Shown here piece after piece: positions 52,675-64,000 of a DNA stretch of 64,000 bases (the first letter of the stretch is position 1; every line of letters begins with the position of its first letter). Under the pieces are notes generated by a model. It was not told the DNA's origin, ran no database searches, and worked only from the letters and a program-made list of their open reading frames with translations. This DNA is from Carcharhinus longimanus (taxonomy: Eukaryota). The translations under genes were made by a program, and so were the position numbers. The stretch lies in the NCBI GenBank assembly GCA_030264375.1, contig JASCQW010000072.1, forward strand, positions 32,094,552 to 32,158,551, given 5' to 3'.

Positions 52675-53620
52675 AATCAGTAAGGATAGGCAACAACACC
52701 TCCTCCATGATTATACTCAACAACGGTGCTCCACAAAGCTGTGTCCTTAGNNNNNNNNNNNNNNNNNNNNNNNNNNNNNNNNNNNNNNNNNNNNNNNNNN
52801 NNNNNNNNNNNNNNNNNNNNNNNNNNNNNNNNNNNNNNNNNNNNNNNNNNNNNNNNNNNNNNNNNNNNNNNNNNNNNNNNNNNNNNNNNNNNNNNNNNNN
52901 NNNNNNNNNNNNNNNNNNNNNNNNNNNNNNNNGGAGATAGTCATGGACTTCAGGAAGCATAGTGGAAGACTCTGTCTACATCAATGGGGATGAAATGGAA
53001 ATGTTCAAGGGCTTCACGTTTTTAGGTGTCCAGGTTACCAACAAACTGTCCTGGTCCCTCCATGCCAACGCTATAGTTAAGAAAGCCCACCAACTCCCCA
53101 AGACTAAGGAAATTTGGTTCTCACCAATTTTTACAGATGCACCATAGAAAGCATCCTTTCCGGATGTATTACAGCTTGGTACCGCTTTTGCTCCGACCAA
53201 GACCGCAATAAATTACAAAGGGTTATGAAAGTAGCCCAGTCCATCACGCAAAGCACCCTTCCATTCTATCTAAACTTCCCACTGCCTTGGAAATGCAGTC
53301 AGCATATCGAGGACTCCACGCACGCCAGACACACTCTATTCTACCTTCTTCTGTTGGGAAAAAGATACAAAAGCCTGAGATCGCATACCAACTGACTCAA
53401 GAGCAGTTCCTTCCCTGCTGCTTTCAGACTTTTGAATGGACCTATTTTATATTAAGTTTATCTTTTTCTATGCCCTAGCTATGACTGTAATACTACATTC
53501 TGTACCCTCTCCTTTCCTCCTCCCCTATGTATTCTATGAACAGTATGCTGCATCTGTATAGTGAGCAAGGAACAATATTTTTCACTGTGTACCAATAGAT
53601 GAGACAATAACATATCAACT
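52675..53620 (+). mobile_element. Rex1/Babar LINE spanning a gap
   Basis: IILNNGAPQSCVL, FTFLGVQVTNKLSWSLHANAIVKKAHQ, LTNFYRCTIESILSGCITAWY. Confidence 0.88.
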
Positions 53621-54249
53621 AAATACAGGAATAATGAAGTTACAAAAAACATTGCTTAGTCCACAATTTTGGGCATCAAATTAGAGAAAGGACACGAAAG
53701 CCACAGAGCCCCCTGCGCCTAGCCAATCCTCCACCTCTGTGTGCTACTATCTTTTCTCTCCCCACTGTCACAGCCAACAGTCAAAATTATTAACCTAAAT
53801 GTGTAGGAGAGGGGGCAGACACAACCCCAATCTCACCATCACACTCCAGTGGATTGGACATGTGTACTACTGTAATGCCTGAAGTAATGCAAGTTAAGAA
53901 TTCCTTAAAAACAGAAACTGCTTTTTTCCCCCTTCGATTTACTTCAGAATAAAACGAAGGCATGAATTGCTTTTTTACAGCAAAACCATTATGAATTCTC
54001 AATTCTTGTAATACAATTTAACAGAAAAAATGCTGGAATTGTGGAAGCAAAACACCATGCAAGATCTGCATTATGAATATTAAAATAATTTCTTAAATAA
54101 GACTAATAAGTTTTTAATTAAAACTAAGCCAATCTGTGTTGCTTTCTACCATGCCAAGTTCCAGATGCTACTTCTGCTCATTTGAGATAAATGCAGTAGG
54201 TGTTCTAGATAACTGAAAAATAATCTATACAGCTCCTTGCCATAGTAGT

Positions 54250-54421
54250 GTAAACACAGTAAGAAGTCTCACAACACCAGGTTAAAGTCCAACAGGTTTA
54301 TTTGGTACAAAAGCCACTAGCCAATACTTTTGTTACCAAATAAACCAGTTGGACTTCAGCCTGGTGTGGTGAGACTTCTTACTGCGTTTACCTTAGTCCA
54401 ACGCTGGCATCTCCACATCAT
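54250..54421. mobile_element. Short Penelope-derived inverted-repeat element
   Basis: gtaaacacagtaagaagtctcacaacaccagg...tttatttggt followed by its reverse complement accaaataaa...gagacttcttactgcgtttac. Confidence 0.8.
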
Positions 54422-56299
54422 AATAGTGCACGACATTGGTATTATCTTCCCGTGCACCAACAAGTTCAGGTTCAACTCTGGTTTTTTGCATAGTCAATTT
54501 TTACTCTATAGCTTGTATTATTTTTTATTCATGGAATGTGGGTGTTGCTGGCTGGACCAGCATTTATTTTTCATCCCTAATTGACCTTCAACTGAGTGGC
54601 CACTCTCCAAATGAGTGGCCATTTTGGAGAGTCAACCACATTAGTCGAGAGCTAATCAAAAAGTACTCCATCAATTGGGGTATATTCTCCCACTCCTGCC
54701 TTTGAACTTTGCCTATGATCAAAAATAGGCTTAAATCGAAATCACTCTTGGGCCAAAATATACAAGTGCGTTTTTTATTCCGTATTCTCTAATTTCATAT
54801 GAATAGTCTTCATAGATTATCACAGGAAAATTCTCAGTAATTACCAACTCTTCTTTGGTTAGATGATTTGCAGACAAGAGGTATAATTACATATTTATTT
54901 AATTTAATAAAAGCAAAAGCCAAAAATGACAATTCTGAGTCACCCAAAAGAAGAATTTTTTTTGAATATGGATTATTTTTCATTTGGAGGAGGAACTTGT
55001 AATGCCATAAGTACATGGAACCATTCCACACGACTTTTTGTTAACAACAGTCAGGCTTAATCAAGCTACTTTTTAATTCTAGGGAAGCTTTTCAATCTCT
55101 TTTGTAATTACTTCCCCTCTGCAAATTGGATCAAATAGCACAATTTTTTAAAAAAGCTAATCACTCACCTTTAAAACAATATTATTTTATCAGTGCCTAG
55201 ATTGCATGTATCACAAGGAAAATGGGCTGGTTCACTTTAAGGAAAACACTGCAGCACAAGACTGACACTTCCCCTCCCAAAAACAATTTACAATTCATGT
55301 CAGCTCTCATCGTCAAGACCTCCATCATCCAGTGTTTCCTTTCCTGTGCAAACCACACTGTGGTATAAATTTCACATTCTAAGGCAGTCAAACACTTAAA
55401 CCACAGCAAGAATATTGTCTGCAACAGCAAACAGCTGTGACGATACCGCAGTCACCACCTTACTAGACATACTTCAGCTACACTGTAAACATAATGCAGA
55501 CACAACAGATATAAAACTCTTACCGCTGCACTTGCAGTTACTGTGCTCGAATTCTTTCTCAGCAAATATGTGACAACAAATTTCCACGTCTTAAGTTTAC
55601 ATACCACCAAAATAAAGGAATAATGCAGGATCAAGTTAAAACAAAGTAAAAGTGAATTCACCGTTAAGAAACAAAAATGACTTTATGATAAGATCAATCT
55701 AATTTTCCCAGGAAAATAATGTCCAAACCAGGAACTGAGTTCAGAGATGGAATGTGAATCCATTCATTTAATCTTAACCAAAATTTAGGTTTGAAATTAT
55801 TTTTATTTTCAAGTTACTAACAACATGTTTACTGCCTTTTGTGGATTTCACACACATACAGCAACTTGGGACTATAATAATAAAATTAAAATAATTCATT
55901 ATAATTACACCAATAAGAACAAAGCAAGTACAATTCTTTACAATAAACATGTCTGTCCAGCTGAGTCCCACATTGCTACATTAAAACTGAATCAAGTAGT
56001 AAATGTACTCCAATAATCAGTGCATATCACTATTCTGCTGCAGGTAACCTGACAAACATCTCATTGAGAGCCTGAAGACAAGTGCAGCTATATGAATCAG
56101 TAGTATCTAAACAACACGATACTGTTGCGGTACAGGTGAAAGAAAAATTACAAATACAAAATCAGTTATGGGGCAAAAACAGACATTGTTGCAGTCTGAG
56201 TTTAGAATATAGGCACATTATGGTATGGTGAGTGGTGCAATGTTGGATGACCTAGCATATTCTGGTTCATGGGGCACTGATACTGGGGAAAGTGGGGTC

Positions 56300-58592
56300 T
56301 GTACTCTTGCAATAGTCTACGTCTAAACTTTGCTGGGGCCCATTTTAGAATGGGCCCCGTAGCTAGCTAAGTGGATAGGGTTTTAAACTAAATAATGGAG
56401 GGATTACATTTGGGAAGATGTGGTAAATCAAAGGTTAGAGTCAAGGCAAAAGAGAAAGGCATCATCATTTCTCACATTAATCAGGCTATAACAGGAAGGG
56501 ACTAAGAATACAGGGAATACAAATCTAAGAATAAATCGGCAGATAAGGCTAGACATTACAAAAATAATAGGACAAAACTAAACACTCTGATTGTACGTAG
56601 CATTCAAAATGGATGAACTGATAGCACAACTTGAAATAAAAATGATCTGATAGCCATTACAGAGACATGGCTGCAGGATTGGATGAGAATATTGAATGGT
56701 ACAAAACATTTAGGGATGACAGGAAGCCACAAAAAGGTGGAGGAGTAGCTCTTAATTAATAATGGTATTAGCACATTAGAAAGGGGTAATTTAAGTTCAA
56801 TAAACCAGGATGTAGATCTGGTTTGGGTACAGATGAATAAAGATTTAGACAAGTAGTTACTTGAGGGAGTGGTGTACAGGTCCCCTAACAGTAACCATAT
56901 GGTAAGGCTAAGGAAGAAATTATGTCTGCTGTCACAAAGATACGGTGATAATCATGGGGGATTTTAATCTACATATACAACAGAAAAATCAGATGGGCAA
57001 AGGTAGCCTTGATGAAGAGTTAGTAATATGTTTTAAGGATAGTTTCTTACAACAGCCAACCAGAGACCATGCCAGACTATAAACCCGATATTGTGCAACA
57101 TGATAGGATTAATTAATTGCCTCATAGTAAAGGCATCACAGTTGGCAGTAATCACCATATGATTACATTCAGTTTAAGGGAGAGAAGACTGGGCCTAACA
57201 TTCATATTATAAACTTAAATAAGGGCAATTACGAGGTCACAGAATCTATAGAATGCAGAAGGAGGCCATTTTGCTCATCATGTCTGCACCAACTCTCTGA
57301 AAGAGAATCTTATCCAATAGATTGGATCCTTCCATTAGATTCTTGATAAGTGAATAAAACTCCTTTCTTCAAAAGAGGGAGGCAAAGCAGGAAACTACAG
57401 GCCAGTTAGCTTAATATTTGTCATAGGCAAAATGTTGGAAACTATAGCAGGGCACTTGAATAAGCACTAGGTAATCGGGCAGAGTCAACATGGTTTTATG
57501 ATGGGAAATCGTATTTAAACAATTTATTGGAATGCTTTGAAGTAACACCTTCAATGGATGAAGGGATTAAGGGAAACTGGTGGATGAACTCTATTTAGAT
57601 TTCCAGATGGAATTTGGTAAGATGCCACATCAAATGTTATTTGTGAAAAATATGGTATAGGAGTTAACATATTGATGTGGACAGAAGATTGGCTAATTAG
57701 CAGAATGCAGAGGTCTGGAATAAATGGGCCTTTTTCTGGATGACAGAATATAACGGGTGGTGTTCCATAAGGTTCGGTGCTGGTGACTCAACCTTTTACA
57801 TCTTATATAAATGACTTGGATAAAGCGATTGACAATATTGTTGCTAAGCTTGCTGGTGACACAAAGATAGGCAGAGCAGTAAGTTGTGAAGCGGACACAA
57901 TAAGGCTGCAAAAGGATCCAGGTAGTTTAAGTGAATGGGCAAAAACCTGTCAAATGGAATATGATGCAAGAAAAAGTAAAAATTTTGGCAGGGAAAAAAG
58001 GTACATCATCTAAATGGTGAGAGATTGCAGAATTCTGATCTAGGGGTCCTGGTACATGAATCACAAAAGGCTAGTTTGCAGGTACAGCAAGCAACTAACA
58101 AGCTAATGTTGTCATTGATAATGAGGGGAATTAATACAAAGGTAGAGAGGTTATGCTTCAGTTATACTGGGCACTGGGAAGACCAAATCTGGAGTACTGT
58201 GCACTGTACTGGTCTCTCCATTTAAGGAAGGATGTAAATGCACTGGAAGCAGTTCTGAGAAGGTTTATGCTTTCCCTTGCGGGAGAACCTAGAACTAGGG
58301 GGCCACTATTTAAAAATAAGGGATCAACCAGTTATGACAGAGATGGGAAGATGTTTTTCCTCCCTCAGAGGATAGTGAATCTTTGGAAGGTAGTGGAGAC
58401 AGAGTCCATGAAGATGTTTAAGGCAGAGCTAGATGAATTCTTGATAAGCAAAGGGGTGAAAAGTTTTCAGGGGTATGTAGGAATGTGGAATTGAAGTTAC
58501 CTTATTCAGATCAAACATGATATTATTGAATGGTGGAGCAGGCTAGAGGGGCCAAGTGGCCTCCTGTTGCTCTTTATTGCTATGTTCTTATA
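56300..58592 (+). mobile_element. Long degenerate CR1 LINE (endonuclease plus RT plus 3' tail) in LRP6 intron
   Basis: DLIAITETWL and GVVYRSP endonuclease motifs, NYRPVSL, YINDLD...KLAGDTKIG, LYWALGRPNLEYC, CR1 tail. A more decayed CR1 piece lies at ~49700-50130. Confidence 0.9.
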
Positions 58593-61500
58593 TACTGGGA
58601 ATTAAAAAAAAATTTTTTTTGAGATGCCTAGACTATAGCTGAAATAAAACAGCGATGCAAATGATCATTATGAGAAACTCAGTGCTTTGGAAATCAATTA
58701 AATCTTTCCATTAGTTTCCCACACTGCGTCCCTAATCCCACCAGTGAAATACAAAGTTAAAATAAATCTGGACCAAAGAATAAGTTGTAAGTATTTTATA
58801 AACTTACGTTTTATAGAATGCTGTTAACAAAGTAAAACATCCAAGTTAGTTCCCAGAGGTCCAGGTGAACTATGAGCAGTAACAACAGAATGAGGAGAAC
58901 AATGTAAAAATGGTCAAAGTGGTAGAATTTCATGAAGTTTTTGAAGTGAGGTAGAAAATGGCAAGTTGAACAGAATTTGGGAAAACATGCCAAGCTAAGG
59001 GGTTAAAATGATTGAAGGATCTGCCACTGAACCTGGATCTGAAGGTGCAAAGGAGGCCAAAATTGTATGGTTGAAAAAGGGATTGAAGGTATATCCTACC
59101 AGGTTCGGCTTAAGAAACATTTGGGACAGGGGCTAGAACATCGGGGTTTTGGTGGAAGTCAAGAAGGTGGCCTTTGTTTATTGAATTTCAAGTTATATAA
59201 ACTTGCTCCTCCACAACCAGCTGTCGGACAACACAGCAATAGTCAGTAAGGGTGCTGGATGTTATCAACATATATATATCAAAAGCTGATCCCGTAGACA
59301 ATGCAATGAAGGACCACTCCTTCCAAAAGCATGATCTGAATATTTTTTGTGAATGAAATATTTTGCCCCCCAATTAAAATTAGGATTACTTAAGAGGCCA
59401 GAATTAGAGGAACATGCAAGCTGGAGGATACTACTGTGCAGAGTTTGGGAGGGGAGGGGTAGTGGAAAGAGAGAGGAGTCACAGAGGGATTTTAAAACAT
59501 TACAATTTAAAGATTAAGCTGTTGCTTAACCAGGAGCCAGTGTAGGCTAATGAGTACAAGGGTGTTTGTGAAGGGGAGTGTGATGGTGAGGACATGGGCA
59601 TCAGAGTTTTGGATGACGGAATGTTCAGAGAGAGGAAATTGAGGGGCCAGCCAGGAGTGTGGTGGAATTGTCAAATCAGAGGTAACAAAAACATACTGAG
59701 GCAATTTGTAGTAACCCTTTGAACCCAGTCAGGATCATCTATCCCATGATTCAAGCAGGGTGTGCACAGAATTATTTCATTTCAGGCAGTCTGCTTAACA
59801 AATGAAATACAAAGTTTGAAATAGATTCAACATAGACATATAAGGGACATATTTTATATAATTTCATAAATATGCTATATAATCAAATATGTGATTCAAA
59901 AATCAGCCTACGTTCATTAAATCATAATGATAACTAAACTTTTCCTTCTACACCTACATTGATTCTGATGGAAGTAAATGGACTACTTTTTACATACATT
60001 TCCTCTTCCAATACTTTAAAATTAATCAAGGCCCCTATTAAATCTCAACACACCAGAAATTCTAAGATTACATGTCAGCACACTTGGACACAAATCACTA
60101 TTGCACTTGGACCAGATTTTCCCTCCTATCAAATATGGAGTGAGACGTAGGTGAAGGCTCATCATTAATGTGCCTGACACTCAAAAATCTCATCTGACTT
60201 AATTTCTCACCCCCACCAGATTAATAATAAATGCAGCAATCTTGAAGCACAGAGTAGGGTACCCTATTTTAATAACCCTCTTACACACACTATCAAACTA
60301 AGTGGGCTGAAGTCTCATTTCGGAACATGTTGCAGCCTGTTCTAAAGTCTGGTATGCACAAAGATTATACATCAATTAACAGTTGCAATATAATAGAACC
60401 ACTACCCTCCCATTTATCTCTAGGAATTGGAATGCAAACATCTTGGTACTGATGTGAGACATGGATGCCACACCGGTGTCATTTTAACAAAATACCTTGC
60501 GTTTATTGTGATGCTGGATTACAGCCTATGGCTCTCATTCAAAGTTGGCTCAGATCACGTGGGTGAGTCTTTTCACTTTTTAAAAACAACTTTAAAACCA
60601 GGAGTGTAGCACTGAGACAAGAGCCCAGGTTTTCACTCATTTCTAATCTACTGAAAATGAAGCAATATCTGACCCAACCCTTCCCAGGTTAAACAGCTTG
60701 CCTCACAATCATTATTTATAATGAAACATGAAATATAACCGTTTAGGAGCAGAGATTATTAAAAATGAATGTGGATCTGAATCCAACTCAAATCAAGTGT
60801 CTCCAAAAGAAGGATGAGAAAGAGGAAGTAGAAAGGAAGGAAGAGAGAAAATAACTTGTTTAAAAGGGATTTTAAAAACAAGAGCACATTCTAATATTCA
60901 ACCCATTGACCAATTATAAAAATAACCTAATGAACTAGAATTGCAGATTTAGATCATATTTCCAAAACCTTTGTATTAACCAATTGAACATAGAGCGCTT
61001 TTGGATACAACTATCGGTTAAAAGAGGTAACTGCTGTTTCGATTTTGCCTTTTAATTCATAGTTCACCCTACAAGTCAAAAACAATTGTTGAAGAGATCT
61101 GTCTCACTCCACCTCCACCACCGCCCCACAACCCCTCTGGGAATTTGGCCATCTTAAAAATATGTCAAATCGAGTTACACACTGCCGACACACAATATCG
61201 AACAGCCCTTCAACTGCCTGAGCAGTAAACCTCCTCCCCAAATCAATTTGTATTCAACTCAGTATTCACTAAAGTCAAGGTTACAACCTTTGAATCTTCT
61301 CTGCTTGACTAAATGGAAGCCTTGTGTTTCATTATTCCCCACAGTAGGCAGTGCAAGCTGCCACTCACCGATAGAATTTTACCCAGTCTAGACAGCTAAA
61401 AACAACCTTCTTTTTAGCTGGACTTTGTAGTCTGTCATCAGAGGAAAAGGCAGCCTCAATTTCAGGATTAGGATGTAAAATGAAGCATTCTCCGGATACT

Positions 61501-64000
61501 GATTCTCGGTTCCCATCTAATACAACAAACAAGGGGAAAAAACCCTCTGTTTCCCTCTGACTTTGTGCGCAGCTCTTTATCAAGCAAATTACTGTGTGAA
61601 CCTACTCAGTACCTCACTGAATGTAAAGAGGCTGCAACCTCAGACTACACAAATGGCTTTGTCTTACTGAAAGAAATCCAAGTACACCATACGAGCAAAT
61701 GTCTACAACAGTTCTCAGTAAGCTGATGAATCAAGATGGATGACAGTGTAGAATCAGTAACTGAAAGCAAAAAAAAGGCACCTTTTAATTCCTTCTCCCT
61801 CACACTCTTCCTGTACACTTTTCCCAGAAGCAACTTAAAACCCAAAATATGTTGGTGATCCTGCTCCACAGGTAGGACATAAGCAGAAACTACACAACAG
61901 CAGCAGAGAATTAACACAAGGAGGATTAAGGCTTTACAATCACAATCTCACCCCAGGTTACCACAACTTAATTATTTTGTTGAGAGTCACAAGTTCATTT
62001 CCTGAGTACAGGAGAAGCCATTTTCATGTAAACCTGAACGCTGGTTAACAAAAAAAGCTCAACATTACCAAACTGGAGATTATCTATCCAAGGTTCAACT
62101 CCTCTGAAAAAACAAACAAATGTTTTCTATTATTGCCAGCTCGCCCCTTTCCCAGAGCTTACTTTCCCATTCTCCAAACAATTTCATAATTTCCTAGGTT
62201 CCAGGAAGCCAGACTAGTGTAAAAAAAAATCCCCATCACAATTGATTTTTTCCTGTCTTCACCTTGGCCGCCCACCACAGCTGATAGAACCAAAACGTCT
62301 CCACATAAATGTAAAATTAAGGCATGAATTTGAATACAAGTTCCCTGGTCAGGAGCGCAAGCAATTGTTAAGGATTTTGTGCAAACATAAGTTTACGGAA
62401 TGCAGAGGTCAAAATGCAACATTGCAGCAATGCTTTTCACAATACTGAAATGTGTAAAAACCAACCTTTACAAATACAGCATTAAAAATCTGATTAAATA
62501 TCTGTCTTAAAATAATTATTAATGTTTATGCATTCTGGATCCTCCCAACACCAGCCCTATATTAAACTTTCTTACATCATGTAACATTCTTGGTGCCAAT
62601 TTGTCAGTTGAAATCAGAGACTAGTGAAATGGATGAAAGCACCTAGGTTGACTCATCCCCAATATCACTTTGCGGAAGCACCAAGCTCCAACCTGCATTG
62701 GCCAACAACATTTTTTTAAATATAGGAAACCATATCTCAAGATTCTGACAATGCTTTAGGTACGTCAATGCATCATACCATTGGATTGCCTTACTTAAGG
62801 GAATTTCAAACATTTTAAAATTCTAATGGAGACAACTTTCAAGAACTATAAAAGGCTTGTAAATTTTCTCTGCAAGTTGCATAATTCAGAAAGCTGCAAC
62901 TTTAATAAAATATTAATTTGGGAAATTATCATGCCCCTCAAAAATAGAATGTCTAACCTAGCTGGGTACAGTCCAGAAGTCTATCCCACTGTAAATTTAT
63001 TTTTCTAATAATTACATCCAAAGGAAAACCTTACATACACCAAGTTAGTTTCAAAGCAGCTCAACTACATTGGATCAAAATCGGTTTGACACTATTCAAG
63101 GTTTTGACTTCATGTATGCTTACAACTGCAGATTAATAGCATTACCTAGTTATACTTTACAGGAAGCATCAAGTAATGATTTTGGAAGAAAATTGGTGAA
63201 ATTACACTTATATCAATTTCAGGTATTTAAAACATTGCTTATGGCAAATGCGTCCAAATATATTTAGATGTAGAAAAATGAAGCTTTCATGCTAGACGAA
63301 AGATGTCAGCAGCCGCAATCGTATCGTAGTTTACCAGCAGCAACCAACTGTGAATAATGACAAACCAGACTGCCAAGTTGCAGGCTGCTTTGCCCACTGT
63401 ACACTGCCAGATAAACTGGGAACAAAAGCATCCTGCTGCACCTCCCGCTGCTCTCCATTAACCCCTGCTGCTGCTTATTATCTCCTCGGGGTCCCAGTAC
63501 TACAGCAGCCATCTCCAATGCCATGCTTCTTAATGAATGTGTCTCTGCTGATGTAAACAGACTGCATCTGCACACCATCCACAGAATTGGTTACTAAGCA
63601 ATCCAAAGGTCAAAGATAGGGGAATCTGCATTCACAGAAAAGTGCAGGGCTTTTTAAAAAAACAGTCTGAAAGAAGCTGGGCTAAACATAAAGGCCAGCT
63701 TGTAGTTGCTATACCTTCAAGTGTCTGATGATTTTAGATCTGGCAAAATAAAGACGTAACACAATCTGTCCGGGGATCTAAATCTACTATACATTATTTA
63801 GCACAAGAGGTGCTTTAAAACTTTTTGAAAATTGCCATTAGCAGCACAATATTTTAGCCTTCTAACAAGCTGTCTACAAAATACTGAAATGCAAATTTGC
63901 TCCCAACTTCCACTGACTGAGCTGAGATTAAGTGTGTGAACACAGGAAGGAAGAAATGGTGGTAGGCAAACAGGACCAGGAGCCTAGATCTGGCCGGGAT

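Overview
Vertebrate genomic scaffold, almost certainly a cartilaginous fish (shark), judged from HE1-type tRNA SINEs, Deu-domain SINEs, and CR1, Rex1/Babar, RTE, L2 and Penelope repeats. It has ten N gaps (2192-2291, 5171-5270, 9744-10137, 17592-18480, 20031-20040, 29959-30058, 34752-34851, 39400-39409, 41738-41864, 52751-52932). Two protein-coding genes lie on the minus strand. The first is the 3' part of LRP6 (16 coding exons matching human exons 8-23, 49280->33056, all GT-AG and phase-consistent, plus a ~1.9 kb 3'UTR); 49281-64000 is intron. The second is the 5' part of BORCS5/myrlysin (coding exons 5048->4994 and 1640->1494, missed by the ORF track), with a probable CpG/ETS promoter near 13.5-13.9 kb. 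The rest is intronic or intergenic DNA rich in transposon relics. I see no convincing wholly new system. The best leads are minimal hammerhead ribozymes with covarying stems in Penelope termini, a stop-free in-frame LRP6 intron encoding a transmembrane-like segment, an LRP6-BORCS5 arrangement different from human, a Penelope-bounded composite insertion, and an identical 13-nt branch-point element before both BORCS5 exons. Family calls and human comparisons are from recalled sequences, not database searches; repeat boundaries are approximate.
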